Positions 11,853 to 23,970 of a DNA stretch of 64,000 nucleotides are shown here, in pieces; the stretch's first letter is position 1, and each line of letters starts with the position of its first letter. The DNA lies in contig BLSG01000421.1 of the NCBI GenBank assembly GCA_012862495.1, forward strand, positions 1-64,000. Direction: 5' to 3'. The DNA comes from Thraustochytrium aureum. Taxonomy: Eukaryota. The notes beneath the pieces were generated by a model, which saw nothing but the letters and a program-made list of their open reading frames with translations, was not told the origin of the DNA and did not search any database. Made by a program: the position numbers and the translations under genes.

Positions 11853-13283
11853 ATGGGCTCCGAACTGGCTCGCGCGCGCTCGCGGTCGGAGAAGGACAAA
11901 CAGGACGGTCCCGCGCCCTGGGAAGGCGAGATGCTCTCACCGCGCGAGCTGGCCCAGCTCTTCCGCGACATCGACCTCGATCAAGACGGCACGCTCAGCC
12001 GAGACGAAGTCGCAAGCGCCCTTAAAGCCGCTCGACTGCCCTGCACACACGACATTCTAGACGAAATATTCGCGCGCGCCGACGCTGACGGCGACGACCG
12101 CCTCTCGTTCGCCGAGTTCTCGCGATACGTGTGCGAGCGCGAGGTCCAGCTCTTGATCGCGTTCGAGCAGATCAATCTCGAGCAGGACGGCCAGCACGTC
12201 GTCGAAGAGCTGGCCCACGCGCTGGAGGAGCTCCACCTGCTCGCCACAGACAGGCAGATCACGTCGCTCGTTCGGCACATGTCGCGGAGCAACAACTCGG
12301 TGGCCTTCCACGAGTTTCGGGACTTTTTGCTCCTGCTGCCAATCAACTCACTCCGGCGCGTGTTCGACTCGTGGGCGCGGTCGGCGTCCCTGGACCTTGG
12401 GGATAACCCAACCATCCCGGACGAGATTGAGGGCGGCAAGCCAGCCTACTTGGTCAACTTCATCGCGGGCGGGATTGCAGGCGCAGTGTCGCGCACGCTG
12501 ACCGCACCCATGGACCGACTCAAGGTGCTCATGCAGAACGGCAGCCAGCGCTCCATCTCGCAAGGCATACGGAGCATATACGCCGAAGGGGGCGCCTACG
12601 CGTTTTGGAAAGGCAACGGGTCCAACGTGGTCAAGATCATCCCCGAGTCCGCGACCAAGTTTGTCACATACGAGCGCCTCAAGATCATGATTGCCACCGA
12701 TCCGCGCGAGATCCGCGTGCACGAGCGCTTTCTGGCTGGTGCCGGGGCTGGCATAGTCGCGCAGACCATGGTTTACCCGCTCGAGATCGCCAAGACTCGC
12801 CTTGCGCTCAGCGCCAAGGACGAGTACAGTGGAATCATGCACTGTCTGAACCGCACGGTGAAGAACGAGGGCCCTCGGGCGTTGTACCGGGGCCTCGGGG
12901 CCTCGCTCGTCGGCATTGTGCCATATGCGGGGATCGACCTCGCGCTGTTCATGACTTTCAAGGAGAATTGGATCCGTTCCAACCCGGACCGGGTGGACGG
13001 CCCAGGGCCGCTTGTCCTGCTTGGCATGGGCGCCCTGTCGAGCACGTGCGGGGCCACTTGCGCGTACCCTCTCCAGCTCATCCGGACGCGCTTGCAAGCG
13101 CAAGGCATGAACGAGGCAATCCCGGTGCGTTACTCCGGACCGATTGACTGCGCGCGCCAGACCGTGCGGGCTGACGGCGTGCTCGGCTTGTACCGGGGTC
13201 TAGGACCCAACTTGCTCAAGACCTTGCCGGCCATCTCGATCAGCTACGTCGTTTATGAAAAGTGCCGCGCGCTGCTGTCATAA
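11853..13283 (+). CDS. Ca2+-binding mitochondrial ATP-Mg/Pi carrier (SCaMC/SLC25A23-25, Sal1-like)
   Basis: N-terminal EF-hands (DIDLDQDGTLSRDE, DADGDDRLSFAEF) plus three carrier repeats with Px[DE]xx[KR] signatures (APMDRLKV, YPLEIAKTR, YPLQLIRTR). An upstream exon may lie in the gap. Confidence 0.93.
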   Translation: MGSELARARSRSEKDKQDGPAPWEGEMLSPRELAQLFRDIDLDQDGTLSRDEVASALKAARLPCTHDILDEIFARADADGDDRLSFAEFSRYVCEREVQLLIAFEQINLEQDGQHVVEELAHALEELHLLATDRQITSLVRHMSRSNNSVAFHEFRDFLLLLPINSLRRVFDSWARSASLDLGDNPTIPDEIEGGKPAYLVNFIAGGIAGAVSRTLTAPMDRLKVLMQNGSQRSISQGIRSIYAEGGAYAFWKGNGSNVVKIIPESATKFVTYERLKIMIATDPREIRVHERFLAGAGAGIVAQTMVYPLEIAKTRLALSAKDEYSGIMHCLNRTVKNEGPRALYRGLGASLVGIVPYAGIDLALFMTFKENWIRSNPDRVDGPGPLVLLGMGALSSTCGATCAYPLQLIRTRLQAQGMNEAIPVRYSGPIDCARQTVRADGVLGLYRGLGPNLLKTLPAISISYVVYEKCRALLS

Positions 13284-14057
13284 TAGCCAACACAAGAGGC
13301 CTTTCTCCATCATCCCTCCCCTCGGTGCGACCAGTCATGTCCGTTCCAAGACAGCATCGGCACCAACTCGAAGATCTTTGCGGATGGGTCGAGCTCCTCC
13401 TCCGAGACCTTCTGGACCACAAAAGAGGCGCGTCTTGATTGAGCGGCAGTGCTTGTTTCGGATCAGCTCACAAGACACAAGACGCTGGTCGCTGGCGTGG
13501 TACCCCTTACGTGCTTCACTGTCGACGCGAAGGCACGCAAGCCAGGTCGATCATCCCACCCAACTCAACCATGTTCAACCAACCAAACAGTCAGTCGCCC
13601 TGCATGGCAGCCCGCGCGAAAGTCTCCCAGTGCCAGCAATGAGTGCCCAGCCCGTCGAGTCGATACTTGCTGCATTCCTCATGCGCGGCGTTGTTCGAGA
13701 CATTTTGCCACGTGCAGCGAAGCCAGGCTGCTTGCTGTCTGAACAACCTTTTCGAAGGCCTAAGTGCACGCGCAGAAAGTGGTTCCCCAAAGGATACGAC
13801 TCTCTATTAGAAGTGCTGGGTTGGCGTCGAGTGCAGTACGCGAGACGCCTGGCTGTGGTTGCCTCGCGCCGGCGGCGGCTGGCATCTCTAGCTAGCTAGA
13901 GCGAGTTCGAGGGACACAGCGCTGTCACTGCGTGACAGCACTTGCTGCCGGGAACGATGATCTTGCGCACGTAAACGCTTCCTTCTTTCTGTCGGATGAA
14001 GCAGACACGAAACGAAACGAATCGATAATTGCACCTTGGGAACGGAGCACAGACAAA

Positions 14058-15100
14058 ATGGCGCGCGAACAGGCGGCGCGCAGAAAGGGCCTGGCGCTAA
14101 ACGAGCGCGACCAAGGCACGCTGCGTCTGTTCCTCTGGGGCCACGGGCTCATGGGCGCGCTCACCATCGCGCTGGGGGTATACACTTTGACCAACGACGC
14201 GTTGCTCATCGAGTTCACTGACATTATGCTCACCACACTCGATAGCTCATACCGTGGGCTGTGGAAGCTTGCCCTCGTCGGCCCTATCATCGCCGGAGTG
14301 CTAGTCATCACGATGGCTTCCTTGGCCAACGTTCTGGCACGTGTGCATGCTCAAAGAGGCCGGGCAATGAGCCCCTCCCTAGAAAACACAGGCCGCGCAT
14401 TCGCTGAAATCGAGATCAAGACCTGCGACCAGTGCTGCGGGTCGACGGGCAATGGCGCGTTCCGGACCTCGGTCATCACTCTCACGATCATGTTTTTCTG
14501 CAGATCATTTTGTCCGTCGGGTACCTGATTTTCTGCAATCCCTTGAGGCGAGCGTGCAGACTATCGCAACCAGCGAAGCTCCGCTCGACGCCTTTCAAGC
14601 GGACGTCAGCACGCTGCAGCTTTCGATATTCAACCTTTGCTGCTTCGAGGAGGGCTGGAGTAGCCAGGGCAAGATAGAGCCGTGCGACCCGGCCCGCGAG
14701 ACGCCGCTCGACGACTGCTCGCTGCCCCTCAGGACGCAGCCTTTCGCGGCCAATCTATGCACCTGCTACCCGAGCGACAGCTACCAGGCCTTCTACCAGG
14801 AGCTCGCGAAAACGCGGAGGGTTTGCCAGGTCCTCTCACAGGCGGTCGTGGACGTCACCGAAGACGACCTCGTCCCCGGCACCGGCCTGTCGATCACTGC
14901 CGTTGTCCCGGTTCGCCGGACGCGCATCGTCGGCTTTAACGGCAAGGCGTCGGACGCCCCGAGCTCGGACCTGGACCCGCGCGGGTACGGCTGTGGGTTT
15001 GGCGGCTACGCCAAGCCCTTCCAGTGGGCGCAGTTCAAGTACGCGAGCGCCAAGAGCGAGTTTGCGCGGCTGCGATGATCTCCATCTCGATCGTCGAGCT
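14058..15100 (+). CDS. Tetraspanin-like membrane protein; two apparent frameshifts (~14497, ~14531), 3' end runs into a gap
   Basis: Three N-terminal TM segments, then a large Cys-rich loop (LCCFEEG...PC...DC...LCTC...VC...GCG), then the start of another hydrophobic segment at the gap. Shifts fall in T-runs. Confidence 0.55.
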
Positions 15101-16138
15101 NNNNNNNNNNNNNNNNNNNNNNNNNNNNNNNNNNNNNNNNNNNNNNNNNNNNNNNNNNNNNNNNNNNNNNNNNNNNNNNNNNNNNNNNNNNNNNNNNNNN
15201 NNNNNNNNNNNNNNNNNNNNNNNNNNNNNNNNNNNNNNNNNNNNNNNNNNNNNNNNNNNNNNNNNNNNNNNNNNNNNNNNNNNNNNNNNNNNNNNNNNNN
15301 NNNNNNNNNNNNNNNNNNNNNNNNNNNNNNNNNNNNNNNNNNNNNNNNNNNNNNNNNNNNNNNNNNNNNNNNNNNNNNNNNNNNNNNNNNNNNNNNNNNN
15401 NNNNNNNNNNNNNNNNNNNNNNNNNNNNNNNNNNNNNNNNNNNNNNNNNNNNNNNNNNNNNNNNNNNNNNNNNNNNNNNNNNNNNNNNNNNNNNNNNNNN
15501 NNNNNNNNNNNNNNNNNNNNNNNNNNNNNNNNNNNNNNNNNNNNNNNNNNNNNNNNNNNNNNNNNNNNNNNNNNNNNNNNNNNNNNNNNNNNNNNNNNNN
15601 NNNNNNNNNNNNNNNNNNNNNNNNNNNNNNNNNNNNNNNNNNNNNNNNNNNNNNNNNNNNNNNNNNNNNNNNNNNNNNNNNNNNNNNNNNNNNNNNNNNN
15701 NNNNNNNNNNNNNNNNNNNNNNNNNNNNNNNNNNNNNNNNNNNNNNNNNNNNNNNNNNNNNNNNNNNNNNNNNNNNNNNNNNNNNNNNNNNNNNNNNNNN
15801 NNNNNNNNNNNNNNNNNNNNNNNNNNNNNNNNNNNGAGGCTCGAGTTGACCGCGCGGTCAGGTTTTGCGTCCAGAGCCTCGCGAAGATTGGCGCATGCGA
15901 CGACTTTCTGGAGCTCTTGGCCGCTCCCTTCGCGTAGAATTGCAACACCCCAACCGCATAGAGTTTACTAGTGCATCGAAGGCAATCGAATCACGAACGC
16001 CATCTCCGCAAAAGACTCCGTGCCGTGGAGACCAACAGCAGCGCCTTGCCGTTTCCAGGGGCTAATTGGCTTGGGCGAACCGAAACGTGGAATTCCTACT
16101 GCGGCAAAAACGAGAGCGCCAGAGCCCGCTCTGCCAAT

Positions 16139-18462
16139 TCACAACACCCGACTCGACCCCCCCAGCTTGCTTCTGTCAAAGCCCTGAATCGAGCTCAGAA
16201 GCCCCACAGGCCGCGCGCTCGCGCCTTCGGCACTAGGTGGCGTCGCTGGCTCTGCAACTGGCGCGGCAAAGCTCGAGTGGTACGCACCCTCGCCCGCGCC
16301 CGCCTCGAACTTGCTGTTCGCCGACTCGATTGGATCGCCGTTCAAGTCGTACGAGAGCGGCTGGAACGCGCGGGCGACGGGCGACTCTGCCCGCGAAGAG
16401 TAGCCGCTACCCACGCTCGACGTCGGCGATGCAACCGCGCTGTCGCCCGTCCCGGCTTGGTCCAAGTAAGCGGCCGGCGCGAGGCCTTCGCGGCCATCCC
16501 CAGTCACGACACGGCACCAGCCGTCGCCCTCATCGGGGGCATCGGCCTGCACGATTTCGACGAGGTCGCCACGCCGCAACGTCACTTCGCCTTGGCCCTC
16601 GGCTTCGAAATCGTACCTGACCCGCAGGCTCGTCCTCTTGCTAGCCTGGCCGTCCATGGACAGCCTCTGCTCGGGCGACCCGGGCGACATTCGGTCGTCG
16701 AATCGCGCAGACCCAACCGAACCAACAGAGCCCCGTGGACTGAGGACCAGCGGGCTATCCGGTCTCATGCGCTCTGCTACTGCAGGTGCTGGCGCGCCGA
16801 CCTCCTGTACGGGGTCTGGGAGGCCAACAAAGCAGGCCAGGTGCGAGACGGGCGGCACCGAGGCCGGCACGCGACGCAGCGCCGTGACACAGACTTCTAG
16901 GACGCTCTTCAGGTTGGCCTCTTGGATCTGAGCAAGGGAGTTTAGCATCGCTGCGGCGCGCGCAGTCCGCTCAAAACGGTAGCGGTTCGTCTCAAATATG
17001 AGGCCCCGAATCAAGCGCTTGACCTGAAGCTGGCTCGTGCGCACCTCGTCCTCCATCTCGGCCGACTTTTGCTCCATCTTCACGTGGTTCTTGGGCAGCC
17101 ACTCGCGACCGGGCGACGGCAGGTGGCTCGAGCTTGGCGAGGCGGCCGCGGTGGGCGCAAACTCGTGCGAGCCGAACCCGGGCGACCCCAGCGGCCCGTT
17201 CGCGTCGTTAACGCCGCCAGACTGCACATCCTCGTGGCTCACGCCTTGCGCGACCGGAATGCCGCCCGCGTGAGCAGGATCGGTCCCATCCGAGCGCGCC
17301 GCACCAGCCGAGACGGCGCTCGCCGCGCCAATGGTGCCAGGGACTGTCAACGCAAGCGACTTGCGCACGTTGGCGTCGAGCTTTGCCTTGACGCCTTGGA
17401 GGTTGGACATGAGGCCAAGGTGCTTCTTGAACGCGGCCCTGACCTCCACGACCGTGCGTTCAAACTCTTGCAAGTACACCAACTCCAGGTGTACGACCTT
17501 TAAGAGCTCGTCAACGAGGCGCTCTGCCTCGTTGTCGAGCGTTTCAGCCCGCCGCTCCGAAATTGCGCGAAGGTTGCCCAAGAGAAGCGGCATGCTGATG
17601 GAATCAGCTTCTACGTCCCACGAGCTTGTCGGATCGGAGGCTTGTCCGAACAGGTGGTGAAACTCCTTGGCCTCGCGCTGGGTCCAGCGGTCAAAGAAGG
17701 CGGTCATCTCGTTCTGATCTTTGGCCTGGCGCCGGATGTGGCCTTGCACTTTCTTGACATGATCGCGGAGCCTGCCGTAAAGGCCTTGGAGCGCGGTGGC
17801 CTCGCGCGCGAGATCCCGAAGAAACCCGGAGCAAGAGCGAGGCAGCGGCACGCAGTCGACGACCTCTTTCCAGTGCTTGGACCCGTCCGTCTCCTTTGCC
17901 AAGTTCGTCACGACGGTCTCGTTGAACTTCTTTGCGTTCTTGAGCGCGAACATCTCGAACGCGGCGTCGGCGCGGAGGAAAGGGTTTGCGGCCACCTCGC
18001 GCACAAAGAGGTCGAGCTGCTCCACCATCTTGCCGACAGGAACGATTGGCTTTTTGGGGAGCGGAGGGACAAGCACGCCGTCGAACCGATCCCTCAAGGC
18101 GCCCTGAAATCGCTTAAAGTCGCCAAACGTGCGTTTGCTAAAGAAGATGTCGTTGCTCTCAATGTCCTTCACGCGCACGGTAAACACGTTCTTTTTCCGC
18201 ATGACGAAGGTTCGCTTTTGCTCCACCTCGTCGCTCACATCCGCCTTTAGTGTGGCCTTCGAGACGTGCTGGAGCCAGGGTCCCGCCTCGCTCGTTTGCG
18301 CCAGCCCTACGCGCTCTGCGTCGCTGTCCCCCTCCAGAAACTCAGCGGCCTGGTTGGAGTCGAGGTCATCGTTCCGCTCGCGTCGCCGCCCAGCGCTGGG
18401 CCCTTGCTTGTGGCGAGCTCGGTGCTGTCCTTGGACAGCCTTCTCGACAGCCGCTTCAACAT
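16139..18462 (-). CDS. Sorting-nexin-like PX-BAR-SH3 protein with C-terminal WH2-like motif; probable N-terminal frameshift (~18375)
   Basis: PX (KRTFGDFKRF...LVPPLPKK...NPFLRAD), long helical BAR-like region, SH3 (VRYDFEAEGQGEVTLRRGDLVEIV...GWC...GREGLAPAAYL) and WH2-like GLLSSIQGFDRSKL. Likely start MLKRLSRRLSK at 18462. Confidence 0.8.
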
Positions 18463-18833
18463 CGCGTTCAAAAGCAAACGCTGCTCTGGTGCGCCTCACG
18501 CCGGCGTCACCACGGCACAACAAACTGCGAGGCTCCTCGCACTTTTTTTTCTTTTCTTTTTTTCCTCCCGCGCGAGTCCAGCCGCGCCCTGCAACGCGTC
18601 CTGCGACGCGTCCTGCGGTGGCGGCCGTCTCGGCGAGAGTCGCGCAGCGCGTGCCTGTCCGCGAGTGGCTGGCGGGTCGGTCGGTCCTGAAGTTGCCGTT
18701 TCGCCGCGAGTGCGAATTGGGCACCTCCGCTCGTCCTGGCTTGGCTCGCCCTTTGCTGCCGCCTCCAGCAGCCCCTCTATCGCGATCTCCCGTGCTGTCC
18801 TGCAGCCCCTACGCGCCTGCCTGGCTGTCTGGC

Positions 18834-18860
18834 TGCCTGCCTGCCTGCCTGCCTGCCTGC
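18834..18860. repeat. (TGCC)n microsatellite upstream of the nexin gene
   Basis: tgcctgcctgcctgcctgcctgcctgc. Confidence 0.85.
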
Positions 18861-19307
18861 GCCTTCCTTCCTTCGTTGGGGCTCTGCACTCTGNNNNNNN
18901 NNNNNNNNNNNNNNNNNNNNNNNNNNNNNNNNNNNNNNNNNNNNNNNNNNNNNNNNNNNNNNNNNNNNNNNNNNNNNNNNNNNNNNNNNNNNNNNNNNNN
19001 NNNNNNNNNNNNNNNNNNNNNNNNNNNNNNNNNNNNNNNNNNNNNNNNNNNNNNNNNNNNNNNNNNNNNNNNNNNNNNNNNNNNNNNNNNNNNNNNNNNN
19101 NNNNNNNNNNNNNNNNNNNNNNNNNNNNNNNNNNNNNNNNNNNNNNNNNNNNNNNNNNNNNNNNNNNNNNNNNNNNNNNNNNNNNNNNNNNNNNNNNNNN
19201 NNNNNNNNNNNNNNNNNNNNNNNNNNNNNNNNNNNNNNNNNNNNNNNNNNNNNNNNNNNNNNNNNNNNNNNNNNNNNNNNNNNNNNCCTGTACCGTATTT
19301 TAAATAA

Positions 19308-20742
19308 CTACCGGTCAGATCCGTCGCTGTCGGCAGAGCCGTCCTCCTCCGACCCGCCCGAGCCCGAGCCCGCATCGCTCGAGGACTCGCCCTCGCGCGC
19401 CTCGGCCGCGAGCTGGCGCAAGTAATGGTCTATCTGGCGGCGATGGGCCGGGACCGTTACCCCGAGAAAGTCATAGTCTTCAGCGGACAACCCGATTCTC
19501 GCCCACAGGTCGAGTCGTGTGTAGCCCTGCGATATGAACGCGTGCGTGTACGCAGGCAAGCGGACCGTATCCGTGAGCCACCCTGTCAAGGTTGCGATTT
19601 GCTCTGGCGGCACTGTCGCGCCAGTGGCGTGGAGCGACAAGAAGCGCTGCAGCACTTCCACAACCTTGCTATTTTGGGCCATGAGGGCGACGCTGAGCGG
19701 GGTTTGGCCATCCAGGTCCACGGCGCTAACCGTGCTGACCATGCCGCGGACGAGCGCCGCGCCAAGTAGGACCTCGACGACCTCGCGGTAGCCCGCGGCC
19801 GCAGCAATGTGCAGCGGCGTGTGCCCGCCGCTATCTGCCGCCTGCAGCCTGGCGTTGGCTGCAACAAGCTCGGCAGCCGCCGCGGCGGCCCCTGACGCCG
19901 CCGCAACATGCAGCGGCGTGTGACGTAGCTGTACCGACTCTGCCTCGAGCGCCGCGCCAGCCTCGACAAGCGCCCGCGCTGCGATCGCAGCGCCGAGCGG
20001 CGAGCACTGTCCTCCGCTGTCAGCAGCGGCCCGCTTGGCGGTCCCCGCGCTCCTTTCCAAGGCGCACACAACATGCAGCGGCGTCCATCCCTGGGTCGCG
20101 GCCTTCGGCCCCTTGGCCAAGTAGGGCAAGCGGCCTCTGCGCCATCAGCTCCTCCGCGGCGGCGCGTGCACGGGCCGCGTCCCCGCGGTTGCCATGGGCG
20201 AGGACCAGGCCCAGCTCGGGCCACATCCCAGTCGCGCGACCGTCGACGAACAAGCTCGCGCCCGTTCGAGACCGCCCGCAGCCTGCCTTGCTCCCGCAGC
20301 GACGATCGGCCCGCCGTTCGGGCCACTGCGCCCAGCGCGTCGCGAGGTGCTTGGTCAGGAAGAGCGGTTTGGCCCGTTCAAGCTCATCTCCACGCCCGGT
20401 TGGCTGCGCGATGTTGGTTGTTGACCGGCTTCCGCGCGCGAAGAGGTCGACGTGGACGAGGCCGAGGCCGCGGCCCTGGCTGCAAGCGCGGCCTGGACCA
20501 GCCCAGTGACTTGTGCGCGCGCCTGCCCGGAAAGCGCCGACCGCGCGAGGGGTGCCGGGCGGGGCACGGGGTCGCGTTGAAGCACTACCCGGCCAAGCTG
20601 ACCAAACGCCGCCGACCAGCCGCGCGCACAGGGGCGGCCAGCCTGCGCATCTCGCCAGGAGCGCGGCAGCGAGTGCGCCCGCAACGGCCTGCGACGCAGA
20701 CGGTGGGCCCTCGAAGGCCCAACAACATTGGAGCAACGACAT
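19308..20742 (-). CDS. Ankyrin-repeat + C-terminal SAM domain protein; 5' part frameshifted and start uncertain
   Basis: Ankyrin motifs GWTPLH, HTPLHVAA, GHTPLHIAA, GQTPLSVA. SAM-like WLTDTVRLPAYTHAFISQGY...LGVTVPAHRRQI, then an acidic tail. The clean frame is 19308..20129. Confidence 0.8.
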
Positions 20743-20800
20743 GAGAAAACCAGGGAAAACCAGCAAATTCTTCTTCGACGAGCGGGCGGCAGAGTGCATC

Positions 20801-23800
20801 TCAGGCTGAGCAGGTGGGCGACTCCTTCGAATACTTCACCGGCAGGTCGGCTGGGGCGGTCAGGTCGGCCACCTTGAGCTTTGCCGTGAACTTGCGCTCG
20901 TACGGAAGCTGCGCAATCTTGTGGTACCGGTATCGCTGCGCCGCCACCAAGTAGGTCCCGAGAACGCGCACGGTCTTGTCTGTGAGGCGAAAGTGGGCGA
21001 GGGGCCGGTCCACGATGCTCTCCGACCCGCTTGACGCGGGCACGGCAGCCACGTCCACCTGGGCCCCGCTGCTCTCCAGAAAGGAAGCCGGCTCTGCGAG
21101 CACGTCAGACGCCTCAAAGAGCACCACCTCGAGCCCGGAACGCAGCAGAGCGTATACGACAGACAACTTCAATACTGGCAGCGCTTGCACGGGGGCCGCT
21201 TTCTGGCGGTACGTGTGGATCGTCACGCCAGTCGCGGAGACAAAGCTCTGCATCGCGTCGCATGAGGCCTTGTCGACGCAGATGAAAAGGGTGTGGCTCA
21301 GCGCGGCCTGGTTGGCTTGGCAGGCCCAGTTGAGCGCCTTGGTCACAGTCACGGCGTTGACAACCGTCACAAAGACAGTGGCCTGGCCATCCTCCCACTG
21401 AATGGACCTTGCCTTCTCCACGAGGGCCGCCATCGACCAGCGCGCCTCGATGGCAAAGTCGGCAGCAGTGGGCACCTTTTGGTACAAAGCGCGGCAGGTC
21501 TTGCCGTCTTCGCTGAGAAGCCAGTAGCCAAACTCGACGGCGCGCACCTTCTTCTTGTCATTGCCAGAGATCCAGTTGTTGAGGACCACCATCGGGTCGT
21601 TGATGGACTTGAGCTTGTACTCCTTCTTGAAGGCGAGACCAGGCGCAAACTGCTCGCTCGGCAGCATTCGCGTCTTCGCCACGAGGCCGTCTGGGTTGTA
21701 CTTTTTCGAGTAGAGCAGCGCCTTGAAGAACTGCTGTTCGTTTCCGGCGCGGCCGACGACGTCCTTCCCGGTCTTGGCGAGCCCGTCGAGGCGCGCCTTG
21801 AAGCCCTTGTACAAGCGCCGCAGGATCTCCTTGGTTCCGGTGGTCGACCGCAGCCAGAGGAATCCGCCGTTCAGGTTGGTCGGGCTCTTGTAGTCGTTAT
21901 GCATCACCACAACGTCGTCGTCGGCCTCTACGTGTTCGAGAAGGTACGAGACCGGATCGCCAAACCAGGTCGCGTCTGACTCGATGAGAAACACCGAGAC
22001 CCCGTGGTCCACGAGCGACTTGAGCAGGTTGGCCCGGAACAGGATGAAAAAGTAGTAGGTCAGCTGGCCGTAGCGCATCTCTGCGGGCGCCTTGTGCTCC
22101 TCGAGGTGGATGACGAGGTCGAGCCCCGAGCTCTCGGCGAAGGCGCTTAGCTTTTCGAAAGCGGGCCGATCCGTGCAAACGAACATAGTCCTGTCCAACA
22201 CGCGCGGCATGTCCTTGACGTTGCAGATCCAGGCCGCCGTCATCTCCACGAAGCCCTCGTTAAGCATCTGCATGAACATGATGTCGTCCTTCATCGTGCG
22301 GCGGGCTGCAAGGACGATTTGCGGCACCTCGGCCGCTTGCGCATTTGCGTCAGTCGCATCCGCGGCCGTGAGAGCGGCTAGGTCGACGCCAAGGTCGTCG
22401 CTCCCTCCCTCGCCCGAGTCTGTCGCAACGGAACCGTCGCGCGGGTCTTGAGCATTTGCAGGTTCAACTGCATTCTCCTCGGTGCGATTTGGTTTGCAGG
22501 CTCGTCCTCACCCTCGGTCTGGGCCTCGCTTTGCGCCTCGGTCTGTGAGTCGCCGCCCTCGACGGGCTCTTGGGCGCCCTCTTCAGCGGAATCCTCTTCG
22601 GCGGTATCCTCGTCGGCAGGGGTCTCGTCGGCAGCGACCTCGTCGGCAGGGGCCACGTCAGCACTGGTGCCCTTGACGAGGCCCGTTGGCGTCGAGCGCG
22701 CCTCCTTCTTGAGCCCCCACGAGTACAGGTCGATCTCGGCAGGGGGGTTGTCCCAGGCCGGGTTCCAGTCGGAGCTTTCGACAACTTGAAAGTCGGCACC
22801 CTTCGCCTTGCCGTAGTGAACGCCGGCCTCGCGCCAGTTGGTGCCAAAAGTCTTGCGGTTTGGCGCGGTGAGGTAAATGTTGTACAGGTCGTGGCGTTGG
22901 CAGTACCAGATGAAGAACTGCGACCACATCTTGCCGCGGCGCTGGCGGGCGAACCACTTGGAGGTTATCAGCCCTGGAACGTGCGGGTTCATCTTTTTAA
23001 AGTCAAGCTTGAGGAACTTGCGCCAGTGCTTTGGGCTTGGCGAAAAGCCCCATGTGCCAAGCAGCTTGTACCCGAACGGCGCCTCCTGCTGGATCGTCTT
23101 GTAGTGCGCGTTGGTCGCGACAAGGCGTTCGCGCTGCAAGGTGACGGCTGCGATCTCGTCGCGGTCTCCGTACGCGTTCCACATGCTCTTCAGGTACCTG
23201 TAAAACATGGGCGACACCGTCAGGTCGTCCTCCAAGATGACCGAGTGCTCGTCGTCCGACTGTGGCGTCCAGCACGTGAGCCACGCGTTCATGAGACCCC
23301 CGTTCTTGGCCAGAACACGCACCTCTTTCGACCCGTGCGGCCATGGGAACTGCTTGGCCACGCGAATCGACTCCTTCCAGTCCTTGCCGCTGCCACCGTC
23401 GATCTGAACCAGGAGCTTCACGCGGTCCCCCATGTAGTCCGCCGCGTCCAGCGACTAGAGAAGCCGCTCGAGGGACTCGAACCGNNNNNNNNNNNNNNNN
23501 NNNNNNNNNNNNNNNNNNNNNNNNNNNNNNNNNNNNNNNNNNNNNNNNNNNNNNNNNNNNNNNNNNNNNNNNNNNNNNNNNNNNNNNNNNNNNNNNNNNN
23601 NNNNNNNNNNNNNNNNNNNNNNNNNNNNNNNNNNNNNNNNNNNNNCCCGCCCTGCCCCGCGGCGAGACCGTCCGACGACCTGTGCGTGATATCAACCCGG
23701 AGGCCTCCGGCAAGGCCGTTTTCCACGAGCACCGAAGTCTTGGTCGACGGCAGCGTTCCCGTCAGAATTCGCAGCAGCAGCAGGCCGCCAGCGGCCGCCA

Positions 23801-23873
23801 TGAGCGCCTTCACCCACCACATGGCATCTCTACCCTTCTTGGCATTCCCTTGCCTGCGCTTTTCAAACTCCAT
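20801..23873 (-). CDS. Multi-domain type-II membrane glycosyltransferase, paralog 1 (GT-A domain + nucleotide-diphospho-sugar transferase/GT77-like + degenerate GT77-like); gap, in-frame TAG at 23455-23457 and frameshift ~22490
   Basis: TM anchor (WWVKALMAAAGGLLLLRIL), GT-A domain (WPHG.K, GLMNAW, VILEDDLTVSP, LGTWG), acidic linker, then GT77-like domain (LNEGFVEMTAAWICN, ESDATWFGDP, NGGFLWLR, NEQ, NNWISG..K). Collinear with the intact paralog. Confidence 0.8.
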
Positions 23874-23928
23874 CTCGCGTCACGCGCGTCCTAGCAACCA
23901 GCTCCTCGTCGAGCAAGCCGTCGTCCGC

Positions 23929-23970
23929 CTGACTGACTGGCTGGCTGACTGGCTGGCTGGCTGGCTGGCT
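23929..23970. repeat. (GGCT/GACT)n microsatellite just upstream of glycosyltransferase paralog 1
   Basis: ctgactgactggctggctgactggctggctggctggctggct. Confidence 0.85.

Noticed and set aside
23455..23457. In-frame TAG as evidence of stop-codon reassignment
   Set aside because: TAG terminates clear genes here (e.g. GPC1 at 8016-8018, TPR gene at 59029-59031), and this single case is next to a contig end.
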